A stretch of 64,000 nucleotides of DNA from Naegleria gruberi. Its lineage: Eukaryota. Below the pieces are notes generated by a model, which saw only the letters and a list, made by a program, of their open reading frames with translations, did not search any database and was not told the origin of the DNA. Both the position numbers and the translations under genes were made by a program. The stretch lies in assembly GCA_000004985.1 (NCBI GenBank), contig GG738868.1. One strand, written 5' to 3'. Below are positions 1-10,595 of the stretch, one piece after another (the stretch's first letter is position 1; each line of letters starts with the position of its first letter).

Positions 1-2071
1 AAATGGTTCTGAATATTGATTCTGGTTAAAGGCATTATTGAAGGCATTATTAACATGTCCAGGTAAGAATTGATTAAATTGGAATGCGTTATTCATTGGT
101 TGCCAATTACTATTAAATCCATTGTTTTGTTGATTTGGAGGGGATGGAGATTTTCCAGTAGGGGTTGGTTGCACAATTGGATCATTGTTATTCACAATTT
201 GATCCTGATGGTTCAAAGGATTATGGATTGGTTGTGGTGAGGTCATCATTGTATTGTTGGTTGAGGTGTTTCCTGACGACATTGTATCATTGGAAGAAAC
301 ATCTGTTTCAGTACTTTGATTTGAGGTAACCGAGTTATTACTTGGTATTGGAGGAGGTTCAACAACAGTTGATGGCTTTACCGTGATTGTCCTTGGTTTC
401 TTTTCGTTAATGGTCGGTTTGGCTTGATATCTCGGAAATTGCTCAGGAGTAATCTTTACATCACTCATATCATTTTCGAATAGCACTTGAGTAATTTCTT
501 GTTCATTCTCTGGCTCCTCTTCATAAGATGAATCTTGATCTTGTTTCACCTCTTCAACTTGCTTTTGGGCAGAGGCTTCCTTCTTTTTCTGCTTTTCCTT
601 CTTTACAATTTCTATCATTTCCTTTTCTATCTTTTTCCTTTCCTCTTCCATTTTCTTTTGCTTTTCAAGTTCTTGTTTCTTTTTTTCTTGCTCTTTCTTT
701 TTCTTTAACTTCTTTTCTGACTTTTCCTTTTCACTCATCTCTTCCTCTTCAATAAGCTTGGCCTGCATATCTAAAGCTTGTTTTTCTTTGAAAGCAGTCA
801 AAATATTCTCATAAAAGGATTTAGCAGCAAACCAATGAAAGACTCTTCTACTTTCTCTCCATTTAATATAAGAATCTTCAGGATTTTCACTTTCTATCTC
901 AGAATCCTCGTCCACGTCCTCTTCATCATCACTCTCCTCACCTGATATTTCATGGTCAGTATCTTCATCCTCGGAACATTGATCATCATCGTCCTCGTCA
1001 TTGTCGTCTTCATATTCATCATCCTCTGAATTATTATTATTATTATTTTTCTTATCCTTGTTCAATATTAAATTTTCCAAATTATTGTGTTTGATATTAT
1101 GTTCAAATTTTTGTAATAAATGGATAATATCGTTGGATTCGTTTTGCTTTATCCAATCCTCGGAGATTGTTATGATACCTTCTCGACTGATCGAAAGATT
1201 CTTTCCAAAGTCATACTGAACACTATCTTCTTGACTATCTTCAGGTTGAATAGGTGGAGGTGGTGGTAAATGCTGATTATTTTGTTGTGAACCGTTTTTC
1301 GAATCTATTGGTTCGGTGTTTGAACCATTAGTTTGACTCTGTTTAGAAATAGCCTTTTCTCTATTATCCTCTGTGATATCTTCAATAATAGGACTACTTG
1401 CTTTGTCATTTGGATTTACTTTTGTTGTAGAATAGTATTTTACAGTTTTTTCAATAACTCGTACGTTACCACTTTTCTTTACGGTTGTTGTGGTTAACAT
1501 TTCAGTTCCATTGCTGATGACGGTTCTCTTAGTTGTTTTTGGACTTCGTGAGTTGTTGCGAAGTTTAGATCTGTCTGATGAGTTGGAGGTGCTACAAAAA
1601 TTGAATACACAATCAACATGATTCTGATATGCAAGTTCTTTGCAGTAATCAGTAAAAAGTCTATCCAATTCTCTATCAAGAATAGATTTGTTTCTACCAC
1701 AAACAGTGCACGAACACACTCTTTGATATTGTTCCTTTGTCTTTTTTAGCAATGAACAGGCATCAACATGAAGAAGTTTTTTCCTTGTGCCAAAGTTTAA
1801 TGTTCTCCAAAAATCATTTAGAGTAGTGATTTGTGATTCAAGAGTTGTTGATCGTTTGACAGTCTGTGGTTGCGGAGCAGAAGATTTTTCGCTCTTGGAC
1901 TGACTTTTAGATGTACTCTTTTTCTTACTATTAGAACTCTGTGATGATGAAAATAATGATGATGTAAAATATTTATAAATTTTGTTGTTGTTGTTAGTTA
2001 GAGAGAAAAGGAGGCATTATAATAATGAGTAACTGCATGGTACGGAATTCTCTTACCTTTTTAGAGGGCAT
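1..2071 (-). CDS. NST1-like stress-response protein, 5'-partial in window (exons about 2057..2071 and 1..1938; intron 1939..2056)
   Basis: The minus-strand ATG at 2071 reads MPSKK, then a 118-nt intron (GTAAGA...CACAG), then a long open frame running past position 1. It carries the conserved NST1 block FWRTLNFGTRKKLLHVDACSLLKKTKEQYQRVCSCTVCGRNK, followed by acidic D/E runs and a K/E-rich coiled coil. The listed 1494..1700 ORF is in the wrong frame. Confidence 0.6.
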
Positions 2072-2345
2072 TTTTTTGTTTTGATTAAAAAATAGCCTGG
2101 CGGAAGAAGCCAACAAAACTTCATATTAGATCTTGTTCTGTACTCACACTGTGTGGTCAAACAAGCAGCAGCTTTAAAAGTAATATTTGTCAACAACAAT
2201 TCCGATTTAATCAATAGGTTTAATTGGAATTTGAGAACTCAAAGAGTCATACTGCCATTTAACTCTATTTTTATATAGTCTTCATTGATGAAGCAAGAAG
2301 CACTTTCTAATTGGCTGAACAAGTCGTTAAAATCTTTACAAAAAA

Positions 2346-3305
2346 ATGAGTACACCATCATGGAAACGTAAAGACAATACATACTGTAAGTATTGTCAGC
2401 AGTGGATTCGTGATACACCCTCCGAAAAAAGAAACCATGAAAGATCTAAACATCACGTAATTAATGTACAAAAACATATCAATAATCAACAAATTTCGGA
2501 AAGAAATAAACAAAAGGAAGAACAACGAAATCGGAAAATAGTGGATAACATTGAAAGGAAAGTACAATCGGGTTCTAATGGTGAAAATCAATATTATCAA
2601 GCCTTTTTAAAACATCAACAAGAAATGGATAAACTTCCTTCTGTTGTTATGGAGAATGTTTTTAATAGTTTTACAAATCAACAACAAGCAGATGATACTC
2701 CCCATCCTCCTAAAGAACCTCAACAAGATGATGTAATACAAGAGCCAGAGCAGTCTGACTCTTTTGAATGTAATGACCTACCTCTAGGAGCGATTGTCAA
2801 ATCTATCAAACCAGTGGAAACACATGTAGCACCAAAGACAAGTGCTCCTAAAAAAAAGACATATACTGAACCAACTGAGATTGGAAGTTATTATGACGAC
2901 CCAAATTTCTTTTACTATGAGCAAGAGGAAGAAAAAGAGGAGAAAGAAAAAGTAGAGGAGCAACCAATTGAGGAAGTGATAAGGAAGGAGAAACCAAAAT
3001 CAGACTGGAAAAATCAATATTCGAATGCTACTACAGCTTCAGCAAATACTTTTGGTCAATGGGAAATTGTTCAAGTATCCAAGATTGAAGCAGATGCTCC
3101 TTCTGAAAGTAATTCATCTGCCTCCTCCACCAAAACTCACCAAAACAAAGACGAACACGAAGAGGATCAATTTGGAGGAAGTTACAACATACCAGAAACA
3201 AAGAAGAGAAAGAATGAAACAATTGAGGAGTCTTCTAAAAAGGTGAAGAGCGAGGATAATGCACCACGTAAACCTCTTTCTTTTTCACTTGCAAAAAAGA
3301 AGTAA
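2346..3305 (+). CDS. U1/matrin-type C2H2 zinc-finger protein, WBP4 (FBP21)-like N-terminus
   Basis: 319-aa ORF. The N-terminus YCKYCQQWIRDTPSEKRNHERSKHHVINV matches the U1-type zinc finger of WBP4-like splicing factors. The rest is K/E-rich and low complexity. Confidence 0.55.
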   Translation: MSTPSWKRKDNTYCKYCQQWIRDTPSEKRNHERSKHHVINVQKHINNQQISERNKQKEEQRNRKIVDNIERKVQSGSNGENQYYQAFLKHQQEMDKLPSVVMENVFNSFTNQQQADDTPHPPKEPQQDDVIQEPEQSDSFECNDLPLGAIVKSIKPVETHVAPKTSAPKKKTYTEPTEIGSYYDDPNFFYYEQEEEKEEKEKVEEQPIEEVIRKEKPKSDWKNQYSNATTASANTFGQWEIVQVSKIEADAPSESNSSASSTKTHQNKDEHEEDQFGGSYNIPETKKRKNETIEESSKKVKSEDNAPRKPLSFSLAKKK

Positions 3306-3422
3306 ACCACTTTTCAGAATTCTCATAATCGTTAGTTTTGTACATAATAACCATTTTTAGCTTCATTAGTCCCTTAATAAGTATATGTGAATATAAACAG
3401 ATTTTAAACATCCTCAATGTAA

Positions 3423-3495
3423 GTACCCTTGGCTCAATTGGAAGAGCATCGGCCTACGGAGCCGGGGGTTGTGGGTTCGAGTCCCACAGGGTATA
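3423..3495 (+). tRNA. tRNA-Arg (anticodon ACG)
   Basis: 73-nt cloverleaf: acceptor GTACCCT/AGGGTAT with a G-T first pair; D arm GCTC-AATTGGAA-GAGC; anticodon stem-loop TCGGC-CTACGGA-GCCGG with anticodon ACG; T arm GTGGG-TTCGAGT-CCCAC; discriminator A; no encoded CCA. The anticodon loop matches eukaryotic tRNA-Arg-ACG. Confidence 0.85.
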
Positions 3496-3497
3496 AC

Positions 3498-3508
3498 TTT
3501 TGTATTTT
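3498..3508 (+). terminator. Pol III T-tract terminator downstream of the tRNA
   Basis: TTTT immediately 3' of the tRNA discriminator, followed by a second T4 run (ACTTTTGTATTTTG). Confidence 0.5.
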
Positions 3509-3674
3509 GTCTTGATTGTAAGTTTTATTCTTTCCATAAAATCTAAATCCCTCTTTATTAAGGATGGCGTACAAAAGAAACCTTTCTTCTTTCTCTTCAA
3601 ACCAACCGTAAAAACGATCACAACATTGTTGGCGCCTAAAAGTACATTTTTAATTTCAAAAATAACTACAAAAA

Positions 3675-5159
3675 ATGTTCAAAAGTGGTGTTGTTGGAGG
3701 TCTCACAAGAGAATTAAATTATTCAATTAATCAGAGAAGAAAACAAGAGGCACAACGCGATACATACAATAACATTACTCGGGTTGACGCCAAACAAAGA
3801 CTAGTTGCGGACTGGGAAAGTAAAACAACACTTAAAATACAACAAGGACAACTTCAACAACGATTGGACCAATTAAGAAAACAAAAGGAAGATGACTTGG
3901 AAAGAAGAAGAGCAATGCTCGCCGAAAAACTTGCCACAGAAGATGAAGAGTATAAAATGGAATTGGAATCAAAGCAAGAAACAACCGAAGAGAGACGTAA
4001 AAAACTAGAATCACGTGCTAAGGAACTTAAGGAACAACGTTTGCAAAGAGATCAAATGGTTGCCAGTGATAAATTACATCAACGTTTCATTCAAAATAAC
4101 GATATTCTGAGAGATGCCAAATCAAGGACAAACACCTTAAAGGTTGCTTCCGATAGAATGAGACAACAGGAGGAAAAGGAAGAGCACAAAATGATAGAAA
4201 AAGAAAGAGAAGAGTACTTTGACAGATTATGGGAAGAGGATCGTATGAAGAAGGAAGAAAGAGAACGCCAAGAACGTGAAAAACAATTACTCATGAATGA
4301 ACAATTAAAGAATACTCTTGATGAACAAAAGAGAAGATTAGAAGAAAATAAGGATGAAATTCAAAGATTGAAAGAAGAGGAAGGAAGGTTATTGAAACAA
4401 AAATGGGCTCTAGAAGAGGACAATGAAAGAAGAAAGCTCAAAGATAAGCAAGATAAATTGAGAGAAATGAGAAACAGAGTTGAAAGATTTAACTCTGTCA
4501 ATAGAAAGCAAAAGGAGGACGAAATGAGAAAAGAAAGACAAGCTGATCTTGAATTCTTGAACCAAATCCTCGAGCAAAAGAATCTTGAAGAAATTAGGGA
4601 GAAAACTAAAAGAGATCGTATCAAGGAAGAAGCTAGACAATACCAACAATGGATTATGGAACAAATGAAGAGAGAAGAAGAAGATACAAGAGTTATTGAC
4701 GATCTTATCATGCAAGAAAATGAAAGATCATGGCAAAAGAGACTCGAGCAATGGAGCAAGGAACAAAAAGCTCGAGAAAAGTTAATGCAGGAAGTGATGG
4801 ATGAAAGAAGAAATCAAATTCAAAATCGCTTAGAGGAAGCCAAGAAGAGAAGGGAAGAAAGTTTAATAGAAAGAGATAGGCTTAAGAGGGAAATGGTTGA
4901 ATCTCAATTGCAACAACAACAAGAACAAGAGGAAAAGAAGAAATTACTGAAAGAAAATCAAGGTGACATTTTGGATCAAATCAAATTTAATGACTACAGA
5001 CATCAAGAAAAGCAAAAACAAAAAGTTGCTGAACAACGAGCTCAAATGTTTGCAGAACAAATGTATCAACAAAAGTTAAAAGAGGAATTAGACAAGCTCG
5101 ATAGAGAAAAGCCATCCCAGTTTGCACATTTACGAACAAGAAAGAATAATATCTTTTAA
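3675..5159 (+). CDS. TPH-domain (trichohyalin-plectin-homology) coiled-coil protein, CFAP53/MNS1/trichoplein-like
   Basis: 494-aa highly charged K/E/R/Q-rich ORF. The segment EEYFDRLWEEDRMKKEERERQEREKQLLMNEQLKN closely resembles the conserved LWEEDRLAKEKRE core of CFAP53-like TPH domains. Confidence 0.55.
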   Translation: MFKSGVVGGLTRELNYSINQRRKQEAQRDTYNNITRVDAKQRLVADWESKTTLKIQQGQLQQRLDQLRKQKEDDLERRRAMLAEKLATEDEEYKMELESKQETTEERRKKLESRAKELKEQRLQRDQMVASDKLHQRFIQNNDILRDAKSRTNTLKVASDRMRQQEEKEEHKMIEKEREEYFDRLWEEDRMKKEERERQEREKQLLMNEQLKNTLDEQKRRLEENKDEIQRLKEEEGRLLKQKWALEEDNERRKLKDKQDKLREMRNRVERFNSVNRKQKEDEMRKERQADLEFLNQILEQKNLEEIREKTKRDRIKEEARQYQQWIMEQMKREEEDTRVIDDLIMQENERSWQKRLEQWSKEQKAREKLMQEVMDERRNQIQNRLEEAKKRREESLIERDRLKREMVESQLQQQQEQEEKKKLLKENQGDILDQIKFNDYRHQEKQKQKVAEQRAQMFAEQMYQQKLKEELDKLDREKPSQFAHLRTRKNNIF

Positions 5160-5186
5160 TAGTACAAATATAAATATATTCACAAA

Positions 5187-5714
5187 TTATTGTTGCTCAT
5201 TTTCTTGGCTGAGATAAAGAGTTTTCATTGATTCCATAATTGAATCAGATAAATCAATAATTAATTGTAAACTAGCATCAGATGTACAAATAAAAGAAAT
5301 ATATAAAAATTCTCCCATTTCATCATCATCCTCTTCTTCTGATTTCTTTTCATCTCCAGTATTTGCTGATTCTGTATACATTTGAAGGATTGAATAATCG
5401 TTATAACAACTAATAATATATTTGTTTTTTCCAAAAGGTAATTTGTTTGCTTGTTCAGCAGCTAATATATGTGTGGCAGGAAATGTTGTATCAAATTCAA
5501 TTTGACATTCCTCTGAATATCCTCGTGAAATAATATTACCATCGGAATCAGCTACTAATATCGAAACAAGTCCATCAATTCTCTTGAATAATTTTTCAAA
5601 GAATGGATTATTCTTAAATCTTTGTTCTTCCATAAATTGTTGTTGTTGTTTCAGACTCTGTGAGAGTTGTTGCATATTTTGCTGTTTGAGACTTGATGAT
5701 AAGAGACTACTCAT
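5187..5714 (-). CDS. Ragulator subunit LAMTOR3/MP1-like roadblock-fold protein with a Q-rich N-terminal extension
   Basis: 175-aa ORF. The core LVSILVADSDGNIISRG...NKLPFGKNKYIISCYNDYSILQMY...YISFICTSDASLQLI aligns motif for motif with LAMTOR3 (AIVVSDRDGVPVIKV...SKLGLSKNKSIICYYNTYQVVQF...VVSFIASSSANTGLI). Confidence 0.55.
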   Translation of the reverse strand: MSSLLSSSLKQQNMQQLSQSLKQQQQFMEEQRFKNNPFFEKLFKRIDGLVSILVADSDGNIISRGYSEECQIEFDTTFPATHILAAEQANKLPFGKNKYIISCYNDYSILQMYTESANTGDEKKSEEEDDDEMGEFLYISFICTSDASLQLIIDLSDSIMESMKTLYLSQENEQQ

Positions 5715-5898
5715 TTTTTATTGTTGTTATTTTTAATCATCTCACCTTTCTTTCTTGAAATTTGGAGATTTTTCATCATCACAATCAAATATTAATCATT
5801 TGTTGTACTATTTAAACAATTTTCAGCTTTAAAACTGATAGTAATATCACACTTGTTAAATTATTATCGGTTATATTCACTTGTTAGAAAATTGATTT

Positions 5899-6387
5899 CT
5901 AATTTGTTTTTGGTGGAGGCATTAAATGTTGATCCGAAAGGCTTTGATCACCATTTAGCATGACATTCTCTTCTTCACTACTATTAACAATATTATTATT
6001 ACTCATAGAAAAAGATGAATGATGAATATTAATTGGAACTGGATCCCAAATTAAAGACGATTCATCAACAAATTCAATTCTTCCATAGGAAAGACATGAA
6101 GTATCCCTCTCTCTACGTCCCTTCTTATCAAACTTGAGAAATAGAGATGAATCTGAGAATATCCTGTCCTTCTCCTTGATTTTGTATGTTGATGAAGAGG
6201 TTGAAGCTGATGATGATGATTTTCCTCTCTGTGATGATTTGTTTGATAAATAGCCATCGTAGCCTTTGATTGCATTACCATTATGCCATGTATCTTGAAT
6301 GTAATTCTCCTCCGATTGATAGATTTCTTGTTGGAGAATCTTTAATTCGTCCTCTAATTTTTGTCTCCTTCTCAAAAGTTCTTCCAT
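5899..6387 (-). CDS. EAF6: EAF6/MEAF6 NuA4 histone-acetyltransferase complex subunit
   Basis: True ATG at 6387 (MEELLRRRQKLEDELKILQQEIYQSEENYIQDTWHNGNAIKGYDGYLSNK...KIKEKDRIFSDSS) matches the MEAF6 coiled-coil signature. The listed ORF start at 6402 is a GTG extension. Confidence 0.7.
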   Translation of the reverse strand: MEELLRRRQKLEDELKILQQEIYQSEENYIQDTWHNGNAIKGYDGYLSNKSSQRGKSSSSASTSSSTYKIKEKDRIFSDSSLFLKFDKKGRRERDTSCLSYGRIEFVDESSLIWDPVPINIHHSSFSMSNNNIVNSSEEENVMLNGDQSLSDQHLMPPPKTN

Positions 6388-6617
6388 CCATACAGTACAC
6401 ACTCAATAAGAAAATTCTTTTCAATTTCAAAAATAAAAATTAATATTATATGAAAATAATTCAATAATGATTTTTATTCAAAAGGCAAGCCAAAGTTGGG
6501 ACATTATTATTCAAATTTCCAATTAAATTGCTTTGTGGAATGAATGCGAAAACAAAAACAATACGATTTGAATAAGAAATTTCACTTTAACATGGTAAAT
6601 AAAAGAAATTGTATTGT

Positions 6618-9600
6618 TTAGGATCTCCAATATTGAGCCCATCTGTGGATATTTTCCATGAGTTGAGGGAAGAGAGCTTTTTCACTTTCATTGATAATAC
6701 TTTGCATGTAGACGTTTGCTTCTTGATCATTTAGGTCAAGTTTAAACTTTTCCTGAACTTTCATGATATTTCTAATAGGATCCATACCTGCACCATGTTC
6801 CAAATCACGAATATTGGCATCAATCATGAGAATAAACATGTTCAAAATCAAGTGAGCCGACTTTCTCAAAATATTGTAAGCAGTCACACATAGCTCCTTA
6901 AATTTGATGTAACCTTCACTCTTACTTCCTCCCATACCTTCTACCATTTCCTTGCAGAGTTTCATTGGGGGAGGGAATGGTTTTGGATCTCTGCCCATAA
7001 TGAAACCAAAGTCAATGTGGAACATTAATCCTTGAGCTGTAATCAAGACATTGTCCAAGTGTCTATCACCAATACCAAGAATGTATGTAATGACACAATA
7101 GCCTGCACAGCTTTTAACAAAGTTTTGACAGGCAGTGTGGTAATCCTCATCCTCTGTGTTATTCTTTCTGAGCCAACCTCTAATATCTCCCTTATCAATA
7201 ACTTGAGCCAAAGCAGAGCAATTTGGTACGCACTCCAAACATCCAAAACTTGGACTGAAAGCCAATACAGAATATGGTGTAAGTTTCAAGTCCAAACCAT
7301 TGTTCTTCAAAAGTTTGTCCATAAGTAAAATCAATTGCATGACCAATTGATCTTGTCTCAAATCATCACCATTCTTTACAATTACACTATACTTGGCGCC
7401 ATTAAGATCAGAGAATGGAATCATCAAAGGACTTTGAGCACTCTTAAAGATGGTGGAATCCTCAGCAAAGATACCATTAACTTTAACTTCAGGATTGAGA
7501 GGTAATGGCAATGGTTCCTCAGGATAGTTCTTTGAAATATTGGAAAGGAAAATCTCAGTCCATGTGTATTGTTCCTTACTATCAAATTGAATGTTTGGAA
7601 TCTCACCCTTTGCAGACAATATCTTTTTAAAGATGGTAATCTTTTCTGGACGAGATAATTTAAGACCTTTCATGTATGAACCAATCTTGCTGAGAGTTTC
7701 AACCATTCTTCCTTGTCTGATAAGCTTTTCAAGGAAGAGAGGTGAATTCTTTTTAAGATGGATAAAGAATTTGTGTCTCATTTCCAAGAAATGTTCTCCA
7801 TACTTTGGATCTTCAGTTTCAACTGCCAGATACCAATTCAAATTGTTGGCAACATTGAAGTTTACACTTGCACGATCCAAAAGGAAAAGAGCCAATTCAG
7901 ATTCATGCAATTTAACTGAGCTAACCTCAATTTCATATCTCAAAGCTTGAACCAATTGTAATAATACATCCAAAATAGCTGCGTCATCAGCCTTTCTTAA
8001 AATATCTACAGCGTAGTCTCTGACAGCCTTTACATTCTTGAACAATCTTGAAAGCAATTCCAAAGCATCGACAGTATCGATCTTGTCCCATTGTGGAATT
8101 AATTTTTCAGCTTCCTTCTTTTGAGCCAAGTAGTTCCAATCGACACATCTCAAGAATTTAGTCAAGGCACGTTTGTTTGATCTCAAGTAGTATCTGTATC
8201 TCCACAACAAACTCTTGTCTTCTGTTGGCATTTCATGAAGCGGAGGATATTCCAATACTTTTTGTATCTTTCTTGTTTCTATGGCGTTTGGTTTGAGGTT
8301 GGTATCAATGAGACCACTTGATAAATTAATACTGAGTTTCAAGTGTTTTTCTTCTGCCAAGTTGGTTTGTTTGGCTTCAGGATCATCAATAAATTGATAC
8401 TTGGTACTAACAATCTCGAATCTGAAGTGATCCTTGTCAGAATCTTCGGAATATGGTACAGGGATAGTTGGTTTAACTTTTTTAGGGATAGGTGTTGGGA
8501 GATTTGGGAAGTAGGTAAAACCACTACAGAATGATGTGGCCAATTCATCACTAGTAGTTGCCAAATAATCAAAATCAACAACTCTTCTATCAAAAGTAGG
8601 AATTTCAATATTCAAAAATGTGTCAAGTGAGGATGAATTGAATTTCTTTTCTCTCAATTGTTCCTTCTTGGTAACTGTGAATTTATCCAACCACGATAAA
8701 TTAGATGTACTTGATGGGATGTCAGTTGTTTCATTAATATTGGAATTTCCAGATTTGTCAGCCTTGTCAGGTTTATCAGAGTTATTTGCCTGAGTGAATT
8801 GATTTAAATAAATGGAAATATTACTATTTTTTGGAATTGAGTTAATTTGTCCAGTAGTTTGTTTAGCATAAGCTTCAAGTTTTTCAACTTTTGCCAGTTC
8901 ATCTCTATAAAGTTTTGTACTATAATCTTCATTCAAAATTTCGTCAACATTCTTATGAGGATGAAGTGGAATTCTATATTTACCAAACTTCAGTCTTCCT
9001 TTCTTACCAAAAAGTGGTAAATAACTACTTCCAATAACAACTCTTTGTGTTGGAGAATAGACATCATAAATTGTGAAACATAATTTAGCCTTTGATGGAA
9101 TTTCATTAAATTTCACAGGAAATTGAATCCACTCATCCCATTGTCTTCTTCCCTCACGTAAAACAACATGACCTGTTGAACTTGGTACACAAATATCAGT
9201 GCCATCCTCAAAACAAAGTGTACATTCAACATACATATCCGTAAATGGACAACCAATAAGTGATTGATATTCATCATCATCTGCTCCATATTTATGATAA
9301 TAATTAGAAAAGTGTTCAAATAAATTTCCCTCCAAACATTCACTATTAAATTATAATTGTGCAATAATAAATAAACTACTATGATGACTACTATGATACT
9401 CACATTTTCACTTGAAATTGTTGATCAACAATATCGGCAATATTATAATAATATTGCAAATTAAAATTATCTGTTGATAAATTAGAAATATTTGGTAGAT
9501 TTTGTTGTTGTTGTGTATTATTGACTCCTGCTTCATCATTGATTGTCATGACACTATTCGTAGTAGTATTATTTGATATTTCATCCAATGTTCTCAAATC

Positions 9601-9696
9601 ATTATTATTACTATTGGTAACAAGTGATGATTCATCCATCATTGATGTTGTGGTCAACAAATCGGCATTCTGTTGTTCATCAACCGTTGCCAACAT
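6618..9696 (-). CDS. VPS34: Class III phosphatidylinositol 3-kinase Vps34 (exons 9404..9696 and 6618..9342; 61-nt intron 9343..9403)
   Basis: The 905-aa main ORF has C2, accessory (helical) and catalytic domains with GDRHLDNVLI, DFGFIMGRDPKPFPPPMKL and the C-terminal HRWAQYWRS typical of Vps34. The upstream exon (98 aa, N/Q/T-rich) joins through GTGAGT...TTAATAG with the phase closing to ...QQFQVK-I-ECLEGNLFEH. Confidence 0.85.
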
Positions 9697-10595
9697 TTTT
9701 TAAATATTTTTGTAATAATTCATGTTGTGGCATGATTATCTTCATCATCTTGATCCTTCACTGTTGATCCCATCACGGTATTGGATGGAAATTCTAAAGT
9801 TGATCAAGAGTGAATGCACTCAAAGGCTTCATGAGCAAAACAGAACTCAATTAACTTTGATTATTTACTTGAATGACCGAACAATGACAATAAATGGATT
9901 AATCAGCAGCGCCACTACAGCACATCAACACTTTGAATTTCCCGAATTAATTCCTCTCCAAGTATTATTAACAATAACCACTTGGATTGAATTGAGTAAC
10001 CGATTGATGTGGTTCTTGATTGAAAATGTAGAATGCACTTTTTTGGGCCACTCAACAAATTTGCTACCCAAAGTGTGAGCACTATTTAATTCATTAATAT
10101 GAAAAAAAAGCAACGCAACTGTTCACTGCTTTTATGGACTTATAAACAAAAACACTAATAATATATAATGTACTTTTCAGAGGAGGATTTTGATGGGTTA
10201 TTCGAAAGACATGCTGCAGTATCGAATGCAGTTGAAAATGTTGAGGATGAAGAATTTACGACGAAAATTATTGAACAAGTTTATAGAGAAAGGAATAAGG
10301 GAGTTAATGGAATGTTGATGGAGGGGAGGAATGGGAGGAGGAAATTAATAAGTCATGAAATTGAAAACTTTGGCGATTATTGTAAAATTGTCATTAGGTT
10401 AGTTTCAGATAGAGTTTATATTGGAAATGCTAACAAATTCATAGTCATAATACGTTACTACTCTCATTCGAGGAGTGGATATTTTTGTACATACTCAAAT
10501 TATCAGAATTATTCTCCAACTCTATGAATTCTCTGCGGTCTTGGTTTAATAAATTGTGAATATTGTAAAGTTTTTAAATTCTTAATCAAAAAAAA

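Noticed and set aside
528-1700. Listed ORFs 528..755 (+), 1001..1219 (+) and 1494..1700 (-) in the first 2 kb
   Set aside because: They are low-complexity or wrong-frame readings of the NST1-like gene on the minus strand, which is open in another frame across the whole interval.
4091-4759. Minus-strand ORFs (67-132 aa) inside the TPH coiled-coil gene, and similar antisense ORFs inside VPS34 (7032..7328, 7591..7950, 8339..8608), the Def1-like gene (17183..17725, 17406..18281, 18376..18763) and others
   Set aside because: They are Ser/Leu/Phe-rich mirror-frame artefacts of purine-rich (GAA/AAG) coding sequence on the opposite strand. They have no start context, no conserved motifs and overlap well-supported genes.
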